A stretch of 64,000 nucleotides of DNA from Candidatus Omnitrophota bacterium. GTDB lineage: Bacteria > Omnitrophota > Omnitrophia > Omnitrophales > Aquincolibacteriaceae. Below, piece after piece: positions 52,398 to 62,336 of this stretch. Position numbers and translations under genes: made by a program. The notes under the pieces are model-generated. The model searched no databases, had not been told where the DNA came from, and was given only the letters and a program-made list of their open reading frames with translations. The stretch is taken from NCBI GenBank assembly GCA_030698625.1, contig JAUYMS010000046.1, positions 56,348 through 120,347 on the forward strand. The letters are read 5' to 3'. Positions within the stretch are counted from its first letter, which is position 1; every line of letters starts with the position of its first letter.

Positions 52398-53390
52398 ATG
52401 AGCCAGACGATTGCCCTCGAAGACATCTATGCCCCGATAGAGCCCCAGTTGCAGAGTGTCCCCGCGGCTATTTTGGAGACCGTTTCGGGCTCCAATGAGC
52501 TGGCTGAAGACGTGATCCGTTACTTTTTTTCGGCGAAGGGCAAGCTGCTTCGTCCGGCCATGACCTTTCTCGGGGCTGCGGTAAAAGATCCCGGTGTCGC
52601 TTGCCGTGACCGCCTGGTGCGTCTAGGCGCCGCATTTGAAATCTTTCACGGTGCGACTCTCATTCACGATGACATTATCGACTCCGCATATGTGCGCCGC
52701 AATCTGCCGACCGTTCATATTAAGTGGAATCCGCAGATCGCTGTCCTCGTGGGGGATTTCCTGCATGACCGCGCGATCGGTACGATCTTCGAATACGGCA
52801 CTCCGGCGATTACCAAACTCTTCCTGAAGACGGCCGGCACGGTTTGTGACGGTGAAATTCATGAGCTCAAAGAAAAAGAGAACTTAGCGCTGAGTGAAGA
52901 CGACTACTTCGATATCATTGATAAGAAGACGGCATCGCTTATGGCATGTGCCTTAGCCTCCGGGGCCCTTCTCGCCGGCGCCGACGATGAAGAGGTTGAA
53001 GCCCTCAAACAGTTCGGGCATTGTTTCGGAATTGCCTTTCAGATTGTCGATGACTGCCTGGACTTTACCGGCAGTGAACACGAGTTCGGCAAGACCCTCG
53101 GCGCTGACGTTGCCGCGGGGGTGCTGACACTGCCGCTCATCCGCTTGCTGGCCGCGGTCGAAGCCGAAAAAAAGGCCGAAGTCTGCAATGTCCTTCGCAG
53201 TGAGATGACGCCCGAGAAGCTGCAGATGCTGCTCGGGTGGATCCGTGAATACGACACCCTGACTTATTCCTTTGAAAAGGCCCGCGAGTTCAGCGACCGG
53301 GCCCGCAATCAGCTCGCGATCTTTGACGACACTCCTGCGAAAGGGAGTTTAGATCGGCTCCTCAATTACGTCCTCGAAAGAAACCGTTAA
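52398..53390 (+). CDS. Polyprenyl diphosphate synthase
   Basis: GKLLRP, LIHDDIID, KTASL, FQIVDDCLD. Confidence 0.93.
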   Translation: MSQTIALEDIYAPIEPQLQSVPAAILETVSGSNELAEDVIRYFFSAKGKLLRPAMTFLGAAVKDPGVACRDRLVRLGAAFEIFHGATLIHDDIIDSAYVRRNLPTVHIKWNPQIAVLVGDFLHDRAIGTIFEYGTPAITKLFLKTAGTVCDGEIHELKEKENLALSEDDYFDIIDKKTASLMACALASGALLAGADDEEVEALKQFGHCFGIAFQIVDDCLDFTGSEHEFGKTLGADVAAGVLTLPLIRLLAAVEAEKKAEVCNVLRSEMTPEKLQMLLGWIREYDTLTYSFEKAREFSDRARNQLAIFDDTPAKGSLDRLLNYVLERNR

Positions 53391-53397
53391 GAGACCC

Positions 53398-54081
53398 ATG
53401 CTGTACCTGGTCCCTACGCCTATCGGCAATCTTCGTGACATCACCCTGCGGGCCCTCGATGTTCTCATGGAGGTAAACGGGGTCATCTGCGAAGATACGC
53501 GCCATACCGGCAAGCTCTTGAAACACTTCAATATCGAACAGCCGATGATTAGTTTTCATGACCACAGCGGACCGGGTGCGCGGGAAAATATTATTGACCT
53601 GTTGAAGCAAGGCAAGCATCTGGCCCTCGTGGCGGATGCCGGAACACCCCTTGTCTCCGATCCCGGTTTTAAGATCGTGCGCGACGCCATTAAGAACGGC
53701 ATTTCGGTAGAGGCCCTTCCGGGCCCTTCGGCTTTTGTGACGGCCCTTGTGGCGAGCGGTCTTCCGACCGACAGTTTCGGGTTCTTCGGCTTTCTGCCGC
53801 AGAAGTCGGCGGGGCGCAGAAAAGAGCTCGGGGCTCTCGCGTCGCGCGAAGAGACGCTCATCTTTTATGAGTCGCCGCATCGAATCTTGAAATGCCTCAC
53901 GGACATTAAAGAGATACTCGGCGATCGAGAAGCGGCGGTTTGCCGCGAACTGACGAAAAAGTTTGAAGAAGTCGTGCGCGGACGGATTTCATCGATTATC
54001 GATAAATTTACACAGAAACCGCCGAAAGGGGAAATGGTGGTCTTGATTTCAGGGCACGGCCGTAAAGAGGTGCTCGCATGA
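53398..54081 (+). CDS. rsmI: 16S rRNA C1402 2'-O-methyltransferase
   Basis: LYLVPTPIGNL, CEDTR, DAGTP..SDPG, YESPHR, RELTKKFEE. Confidence 0.95.
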   Translation: MLYLVPTPIGNLRDITLRALDVLMEVNGVICEDTRHTGKLLKHFNIEQPMISFHDHSGPGARENIIDLLKQGKHLALVADAGTPLVSDPGFKIVRDAIKNGISVEALPGPSAFVTALVASGLPTDSFGFFGFLPQKSAGRRKELGALASREETLIFYESPHRILKCLTDIKEILGDREAAVCRELTKKFEEVVRGRISSIIDKFTQKPPKGEMVVLISGHGRKEVLA

Positions 54082-54668
54082 AACGCCTGGCTTTCATGGC
54101 ATCGGGTAACGGGACCAATGCCGAAAACCTCATCAAGAAGATACGCTCGGGCGTCATCAGCGCGGATCCGGCGGTGGTGATCTGCGACCAGCCCGGTGCG
54201 GGCGTAATCGAACGTGCCAGAAGCCTTGGTGTACCTGTCGTGATCGTGGAGCGCAGGGAGTTCGAAGACAAGGCGGCGTTTGAAGCCGAGATCCTGCGCG
54301 AACTCGGCGACCGCAAGATCGACTTGATCTGCCTTGCGGGTTACATGCGTATCCTCGGCGAAGAATTTGTGAAACTCTATTGGGGCCGCATCATCAACGT
54401 GCATCCGGCCTACCTGCCGGCCTTTCCGGGAGCGCATTCGGTTAAGGATGCCTTCGAAGCAAAGGCGGCGGAGACGGGAGTGACCATTCACTTCGTCGAT
54501 ACCGGCGTTGATTCGGGCCCCATCATCCTTCAGCGCAAGGTTGCTATCGACCCGAACGATTCGCTCGAGTCGCTCGCGACTAAAATCCATGCCGTGGAGT
54601 ATGAGCTTTATCCCGAGGGACTGAATCGGGTCCTCTCCGGCAGAGCGACCATGGCCGGCGGGCCGCGC

Positions 54669-54671
<3 letters not shown>
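54078..54671 (+). CDS. purN: Phosphoribosylglycinamide formyltransferase
   Basis: ASGNGTN, LAGYMRIL, NVHPAYLP, DSGPII. Confidence 0.96.
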
Positions 54672-56377
<1,706 letters not shown>

Positions 56378-56381
<4 letters not shown>

Positions 56382-57622
56382 CGCATCTTTATGACACAGC
56401 TATCGTAGGAGCCGGGGCCGCAGGGCTCATGACCGCGATTCAATGTGCGCGTAAGGGGATTGATGTGTTGCTCCTTGATGGCCGTGAAAAGATCGGCGCC
56501 AAGATCCTCATGTCGGGCGGCACTCGCTGCAATGTCACCAACCAACAGGTTGACGAACGTGACTTTGCCGGCGACCGGCCCATCGCCATCCGCAATGTGC
56601 TCCGGGCCTATCCCGCAGACAAAGCCGTAGCCTTCTTCAACGAAATCGGCGTCGACCTTATCTCCGAGGAAGGCGGCAAATACTTCCCATCGACTCACTC
56701 CGCCCGGACCGTGCTCGATGCCCTTCTCGCAGAGTGTAAGAAGGGCGGCGTTGATCTCGTGACCGGCCGGAAGATCACACGCGTTTTCTCAGATGGAGAA
56801 TGCTTTACGCTTTGGGCGGGGGAAGAAGAATTCACGGCCAAGACAGCCGTCCTTGCAACCGGAGGGCTTTCCTACCCGACAACGGGCAGCGACGGATCGG
56901 GCTATCCCGTCGCAGAACACTTCGGCCACACACTCGTGCCGACAGTCCCGGCGCTCACGCCCCTGAAAACCGAAGATGCGATCTGGAAGAAACTGAGCGG
57001 GGTAGCGCTTCCGGTAAGACTCACATTGAGGACCGGCGGAAAACGCATTATCCAATTTGAGGAGCCGCTGCTCTTCACCCATTTTGGTTTCAGCGGACCG
57101 GCGGCACTTAATATCAGCCGCTACTGGCTAAGGCATGCGGCCCAAAAAAACACGGAAATCATCGCCTCATTTTTACCGGAATCCTCCGAAGAAATACTGG
57201 CCTTAGAGATCGAAGAGGCGAGAAAAGAAACCCCGCAGGCAAGCGTGCGCAATTTTATGGCTCAGAAAACACCGAAACGCATTGCCGCATTCCTGCTTGA
57301 TCTCGCAGAAATTCCGGCTGACCGCAACTTCGCAGACTTACGCCGCGAAGAGCGCCATGCGCTCATGACCCATTTCTTTTACTGCATGCTTCCGGTAAGC
57401 GATGTCATGGGCTATGGCAAGGCCGAAGCGACAGCCGGGGGAGTCCGCCTTGCCGAAATCGATACGGCCACCATGGAATCAAAGCTGGAGCAGGGCCTCT
57501 TTTTTGCGGGAGAAATGCTCGATGCCGACGGCCATATCGGCGGGTTTAACTTCCAGTGGGCGTGGTCGAGCGGCACCGTCGCCGCCGGGGGAATCGCAAA
57601 ACGCCTAAAGCTGCAAGTGTAG
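56378..57622 (+). CDS. HI0933/BaiN-like flavoprotein
   Basis: GAGAAG, KILMSGGTRCNVTN, ATGGLSYP, FTHFGFSGP, GGFNFQWA. Confidence 0.92.
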
Positions 57623-57625
57623 ACA

Positions 57626-57663
57626 AAAAAAAGGAGCTACGATTGTAGTCGTAACTCCCTTTC
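57626..57663. terminator. Intrinsic terminator downstream of the tRNA (between convergent genes)
   Basis: A-run followed by GGAGCTACGA-TTGTAG-TCGTAACTCC hairpin. Confidence 0.75.
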
Positions 57664-57670
57664 TCGGATT

Positions 57671-57940
57671 TGGTAGCGGGGCCAGGATTTGAACCTGGGA
57701 CCTTTGGGTTATGCTTACCACTAAGGCTTTCGCCTCCTCCTAAGAGTTTGTGGTCTGGACTATACCTTCACCCTAATGGGTGTCTGCCGTCTAGTCTCTA
57801 CACCTTCCTGTCTTTCGACAGGCTTGGCTCGGTATTACCATTTAACAGGCTTCACCGAGTTTGACAAATCATCTTTCCCGCCATTCCTGGCGGGACGCCC
57901 ACATTGAGCCCAACGAGCTACCGAGCTGCTCCACCCCGCG
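57671..57940 (-). tRNA. Initiator tRNA-fMet(CAT), intron-split (exon 1 57907-57940, exon 2 57671-57713)
   Basis: Spliced sequence CGCGGGGTGGAGCAGCTCGGTAGCTCGTTGGGCT|CATAACCCAAAGGTCCCAGGTTCAAATCCTGGCCCCGCTACCA; C1:U72 mismatch, three G-C pairs in the anticodon stem, encoded CCA. Confidence 0.96.
57714..57906 (-). ncRNA. Group I self-splicing intron (IC3-like, 193 nt, no ORF)
   Basis: Exon ends in U33, intron ends in G; P AAACUCGGUGAA, Q AAUACCGAGC, R AGAGACUAGA, S AAGGUAUAGUCC; P2 with GGAA loop, P9 with GAAA loop, P9.0 ACCAC/GUGGU; closely resembles the Azoarcus tRNA-Ile intron core as recalled. Confidence 0.95.
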
Positions 57941-57951
57941 ATGAGTAGAGC

Positions 57952-57980
57952 ATTCTATTACATAACCCCTTACCGTTCAA
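57952..57980 (-). promoter_or_regulatory. tRNA promoter
   Basis: Minus strand TTGAAC-N17-TAGAAT, 11 nt upstream of the tRNA 5' end. Confidence 0.7.
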
Positions 57981-58076
57981 TGGCTTTATTAAAGCGGTTT
58001 TCTCATGCTACAATGCGTCGTATTTACAGCAAATATGGGTTGTGGCGGACACATAAAGACACGGTGAAACCGGTTT

Positions 58077-58105
58077 ACCCTCTTACATAAAAGGAGGGTT
58101 TTTTT
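58077..58105 (+). promoter_or_regulatory. Hairpin that sequesters the SD of the endonuclease gene and resembles a terminator
   Basis: ACCCTCTT-ACATAAA-AGGAGGGT followed by a T-run, then ATG at 58106. Confidence 0.6.
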
Positions 58106-58528
58106 ATGGATACAAAACTTAAAGCCGACATAGCCGAAACAGCCGTTACCGCGAAATTGTTACGGCGTGGTCTTGCAGTACTCCGACCGGTTGGAGATCG
58201 CCTATCTTATGACCTCGCTGTTGATACAGGCTACGGCCGAATCCTTCGCTTACAAGTGAAAAGTGCATGGAAGCAGCAAGGCGCCTACCTTGTTGATAAC
58301 AGGCGGACCAAAACGAATCGTCGTAGGATGCTGCGCACAGCCTATTGTCGAGAGGATTTTGATTTTGCGGCGCTCTATATTGATGACCTGGACATTACTT
58401 ATATCATGCCCGTAGACGTGTTCACTACATACAAGAGCGGCATTTCCTTAGTAGAAGGGAACAAGCGCCAAAGGAAACCGCGCTCGTACGCATATCGGGA
58501 AGCATGGCATCTGCTGGTTGCCGCACAA
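58106..58528 (+). CDS. Free-standing PD-(D/E)XK homing endonuclease, I-Ssp6803I family (about 140 aa; stop missing, frame continues to 59689)
   Basis: TKLKADIAE, GDRLSYDL, LQVKSAW, VDNRRTKTNRR, DFDFA, PVDVF, KRQRKPRS..YREAWHL match I-Ssp6803I as recalled. Confidence 0.9.
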
Positions 58529-58545
58529 CCCAAAGGTCGCAGGTT
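58524..58545 (+). pseudogene. Inverted remnant of the tRNA-fMet 3' exon
   Basis: CACAACCCAAAGGTCGCAGGTT versus exon 2 CATAACCCAAAGGTCCCAGGTT (20/22 identical). Confidence 0.8.
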
Positions 58546-58624
58546 AATCACGGTAGGTGCTGACCCCGTGGACACCTCCGGAGCTACCCCAAATTCCCTC
58601 CGGCGGGAAATTGGAGCGATTTTT

Positions 58625-59689
58625 ATGGTTAAATTTCTTCTTGTGACGGCAGGCCTTCTCTTTCCTGCCGTCGCTTGGGCCGAGCCGGTGACGGACCCCG
58701 GCACTGAAATCCGCGAGCTCATTATTCATGAGCATCCCGATACGAATTATCGCCCGCTCCTGCCCGATTTGATGCATGCCTTCGAGCGGCCGGGCCGCGC
58801 GGAGCCTGTTGGTTGGGCGATCGTGGCGGCAAGTGAGCAGAATGCGGCTGTCCTGCGCGAACGTTTGCGGTACCGGGGCCTCGATGCCGTTACGGGCCGT
58901 ACGCGGTTTCTCATTGATCCGGAGCGTTTCGATACGTGGGCCCGGGATGTTTATGAGATAGAAGGCCTGCGGTCGGTGCCGGGCGGTGATATTACCGCCG
59001 ACGATGCCTTTGTTTATTTGGGTGAAAAATCTGAAGCGGCCGCGGACCATCTCGAAAAAGTGTTTCAGAGAAAAGTCCTGATCCTTCCCGGCGAAGACGC
59101 GCATCAGGACCGTTACCACATGCCGCTCGGGGTGGTGAACGGCCGGCGAACAAGTCTGCTGGCTGACCCGCTGAGCGCTTTGGAAATTCTCATGGGCCTT
59201 AGCGAGGAAGAAAAGCTTCAGCTCATCGCATATTACATCAAACATTATGACTGGCAGGACCCCGCCGAAACCCGCCGGCAATTTGAATCCTTTTTTACCA
59301 TGAGCCCGCGCGACCTCGATAATTACCGCACAAGCCCTTACGTTAAATCTCTCGATAAAGTCGAAGCGGTGCTGCGTGCGCAGGGTATTCAGACCGTACG
59401 TATCCCCACGCTTCACCGCGACATCATCAAAGAGGCGCCGCTCCCGCTCGGGCTTTATTACATCAACCTGGTGCAGGACACCTACCGCGACCTCGACGGC
59501 GGTATCCGCCGCAAAGCGGTACTGGCGAGCTACGGCATAGGGCCGCTCGATACCGAAGCGCGCCGCAGGCTCGAAGCGCTCGGCCATTTTCAGGAGATCC
59601 GCATGGTTGAAGCGGTGCCCGAAGGTTTCCGCGGCGGGGGAATACGCTGTCTTTTGCGGGTGGCCGGTGATAAAATAACGACCCAATGA
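58625..59689 (+). CDS. Secreted pentein-superfamily (agmatine/peptidyl-arginine deiminase-like) protein
   Basis: Own GGAG SD and ATG, signal peptide MVKFLL...AWA; motifs DTWARD, HQD, YYIN, GGGIRC. Confidence 0.7.
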   Translation: MVKFLLVTAGLLFPAVAWAEPVTDPGTEIRELIIHEHPDTNYRPLLPDLMHAFERPGRAEPVGWAIVAASEQNAAVLRERLRYRGLDAVTGRTRFLIDPERFDTWARDVYEIEGLRSVPGGDITADDAFVYLGEKSEAAADHLEKVFQRKVLILPGEDAHQDRYHMPLGVVNGRRTSLLADPLSALEILMGLSEEEKLQLIAYYIKHYDWQDPAETRRQFESFFTMSPRDLDNYRTSPYVKSLDKVEAVLRAQGIQTVRIPTLHRDIIKEAPLPLGLYYINLVQDTYRDLDGGIRRKAVLASYGIGPLDTEARRRLEALGHFQEIRMVEAVPEGFRGGGIRCLLRVAGDKITTQ

Positions 59690-60912
59690 ATAAACTCCTC
59701 TTCCTCCTCACGGCAATGTTACTTATCACTCCGGTGCCCGCGCTTCGTGCCGATGATCCGCCTGCGGGCGGCGGCAACCGCGACCAAGGTACGGTCGGCG
59801 GCGATGCCGGCGGTGCGCGCCTCGGCGAGAGTGACCGGGGAATCGAGAATGCCCTTCGCGGGCAGGGAATTATTAGCGGTGGCGGCACAAATACCGGCAC
59901 CAATGCCGGTGCGACCGTAGGTACAAGCGGGCCGGGGCAAACGAGCACGCGCACCGAAACCACCGACAGCGGCGGGACGCGCACCGTCATAACGGGTCCG
60001 GACGGCAGCCGCACGGTCACCGAGACCGGCCGCGGTGTTGAGCCTGCCACGCTATCCATAACATTCAACAAGGACGGGAGCGTCGTTTCGCAAAACAGTC
60101 AGCATACCAACGGTACGGTTGATACCATGACTTATAACCCCGCAACCGGCGTGCGGGAAAGCACCTCGGTTCAGCCCGACGGCGCCACGACGCGCTCCGT
60201 TTCGCAAAGGGACGGCAGCGGGGTTATTACGCAGACGGGTTTTAATCCGAACACCCAGGTGACCGAAGAAGATGCCCAGGGCCACGTCACCGAAACCACC
60301 TCGCGACCCGACGGCACCAAAACGGTTGTGACCTTTACGCGCATTCAGGGCGACCCGTATGCCACACGCGGCGAGCCGGTGACGCACACCACCACCGATT
60401 ACAATGCCGCCGGCAAGCCCACACGCCAGGTGCGTGAGACCAACGAACGATACGGCAGGGGTTATCGTCAGACGCGCCGGGAAGTGACCGAATACGACAG
60501 CCGGGGCAAACCGAAAAAAACGACCGTAAGCCAGCCGCGGCAGGGCTACGGCGATTTGCTTGTGCGCGAAGAAGTGGAGTATTGGCACAACGGTTTTCGG
60601 AAAGTGATCAAGCGCCGTGATGAAAGCGGCAGGATCACCGAAGTCTATTATTATGACCATCTCGGACACCTGACGCGAAGCTCCATTCAGCCCGGGCACA
60701 CCGCCGGCGCAGAGCCGACTACCGGAACATTTTTCCAACCGCAAAATGATAACCGCCAGTCAGCCGTGCCGACTCAGCGCGAAGATGCCTTTGCCCGCGC
60801 CGACAGTGCCGGCTCCAGCACGCCGGGGCTCGATGGCCTTGGCGGGACGCTCGCGCGCGAGCTCGTCAACCGCCCCGTTCCCGACCGCCGCGAAAGCAAC
60901 GAAAACGAGTAG
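59686..60912 (+). CDS. Secreted Thr/Gly-rich beta-repeat (YD/RHS-like) protein
   Basis: Signal peptide; repeated PDG/DG turns; YNAAGK, YDSRGK, YDHLGH. Confidence 0.65.
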   Translation: MNKLLFLLTAMLLITPVPALRADDPPAGGGNRDQGTVGGDAGGARLGESDRGIENALRGQGIISGGGTNTGTNAGATVGTSGPGQTSTRTETTDSGGTRTVITGPDGSRTVTETGRGVEPATLSITFNKDGSVVSQNSQHTNGTVDTMTYNPATGVRESTSVQPDGATTRSVSQRDGSGVITQTGFNPNTQVTEEDAQGHVTETTSRPDGTKTVVTFTRIQGDPYATRGEPVTHTTTDYNAAGKPTRQVRETNERYGRGYRQTRREVTEYDSRGKPKKTTVSQPRQGYGDLLVREEVEYWHNGFRKVIKRRDESGRITEVYYYDHLGHLTRSSIQPGHTAGAEPTTGTFFQPQNDNRQSAVPTQREDAFARADSAGSSTPGLDGLGGTLARELVNRPVPDRRESNENE

Positions 60913-60919
60913 TCAGCGT

Positions 60920-61351
60920 ATGATCAAAAGGGCCCTCCTTTTAATGACCGTGTTATTGCTTTCACCGGGCGTACTCCAGGCAGGTTTTAACAGCGACGCG
61001 CAAGGCCTTGCGCTCAAAGGTTATGACGCGGTGGCTTACTTCACCGAAAGCGCCGCCGTTCCGGGTACGGCCGAACACGAAGTTGCTTGGCAGGGCGTGA
61101 AGTGGCGTTTCAAAAATGAGGAGAACAAGGCTCTCTTTGCCGCAGATCCCGAAAAGTATGCCCCTCAGTACGGCGGGTATTGCGCCTTTGCCGTGAGCCG
61201 CGGAGCCACAGCCGACGGGGACCCGAATGCGTGGTCGATCGAAGGCGGGAAACTCTATCTGAACCTGAACGCGCGCATCCGCTCAAGGTGGCAGCAAAAT
61301 GCCCGGGCGAACATCGAAAGCGCCGACAAGAACTGGCCGAATATCAGCTAG
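60920..61351 (+). CDS. YHS-domain secreted protein
   Basis: Signal peptide, GYDAVAYF, PEKYAPQYGGYCAF, GKLYLN, ADKNWP. Confidence 0.88.
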   Translation: MIKRALLLMTVLLLSPGVLQAGFNSDAQGLALKGYDAVAYFTESAAVPGTAEHEVAWQGVKWRFKNEENKALFAADPEKYAPQYGGYCAFAVSRGATADGDPNAWSIEGGKLYLNLNARIRSRWQQNARANIESADKNWPNIS

Positions 61352-62262
61352 AAGCGCTGCCAGCCCGTTCCTTCGTGACCGAAGGAAAATTTTTCCGGAT
61401 ATAAAATCTCGGCAAAAATTTCCAGGGACTCTACGAGACGCGGTCCGGGCCGGTTAAAATACTGATTGCCGTCGGTCAAAAACACCCGCCCCGTTCGTAC
61501 GGCCTTTAATTTCTTCCACTCTGCTTTTTGAGTTACGGCCGCCATTTCAAGGCGCGACTTCTCGATGCCCCAGCCGCAGGGAAGCACGACAATCACATCG
61601 GGGTCCTGCCCGACTAACTCTTCCCATTTCATCCAGGGGGAATGTTCACCCGGTCTGCCGAAAAGATCTTCGGCGCCGAGCAACGCCAGTAATTCCGGAA
61701 TCCAATTCCCGCCGGCCATGAGCGGGTCGAGCCATTCGAGGCAGGCGACCCTAGGGTGTCCGCCGATCGATTTCGCTTTTTGGGAGATGGCCTGCATTCT
61801 TTCGCGGTAGCTATTGATTAAGTCGTCGCCTCTGTCTTTTACTTTCAGGGCGCCGGCGATTCGCCGAATGCCTGACCACACATCTTCTAGATTGTTCGGA
61901 AGCAAAGTCACGATCTCGGGTTTCGCGTCATCGGCCCAATCGCAGACGGCGTTCTCGACGTCTTTCAGGCTGACTGCGCAGACCTCACAGTGGTCCTGAG
62001 TGATAATGACATTGGGTTCAAGGGCTTTTAAAGCCTTGGCGTCGATCCGGTAAACCGAGCCGGAATCGCTTACGGTTTCCTTAACGCGGTCATCGATTTC
62101 CCTGCTTGTTCCTTCGATGTTGATTTTTGGTTCCGAGCAAGTCGGCAGGCTTTTGACTACAGCCGGAAAATCGCATTCATGGGAACGACCCACGAGTTGG
62201 TCGCCGCAACCTAAGGCGTGAACAATCTCGGTACTGCTGGGGATCAGGGAAACAATGCGCAT
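61348..62262 (-). CDS. Cobalamin/iron-binding-protein family (BtuF-like), no signal peptide
   Basis: MRIVSLIPSSTEI, VGRSHECDFP, TQDHCEVCAV, NRPGPRL. Confidence 0.85.
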   Translation of the reverse strand: MRIVSLIPSSTEIVHALGCGDQLVGRSHECDFPAVVKSLPTCSEPKINIEGTSREIDDRVKETVSDSGSVYRIDAKALKALEPNVIITQDHCEVCAVSLKDVENAVCDWADDAKPEIVTLLPNNLEDVWSGIRRIAGALKVKDRGDDLINSYRERMQAISQKAKSIGGHPRVACLEWLDPLMAGGNWIPELLALLGAEDLFGRPGEHSPWMKWEELVGQDPDVIVVLPCGWGIEKSRLEMAAVTQKAEWKKLKAVRTGRVFLTDGNQYFNRPGPRLVESLEIFAEILYPEKFSFGHEGTGWQRF

Positions 62263-62336
62263 TGGAGAATTCTACCCGTTCTGCCGTCCGGTGGCTACCG
62301 GTAAAAAAGGCGAAAGTGTGTTATAATCAGGGCATC

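Noticed and set aside
57670-57864. 64-aa ORF MVAGPGFEPGTFG... in the ORF track
   Set aside because: It is the antisense translation of the tRNA 3' exon and the intron
58580-58612. GCTACCCCA followed by a hairpin as a further tRNA 3'-end remnant
   Set aside because: Similarity to CCGCTACCA is too short and the spacing does not match the tRNA
60920-61351. Possible selenoprotein (YHS family)
   Set aside because: The GGYC position is a TGC Cys codon and there is no in-frame TGA
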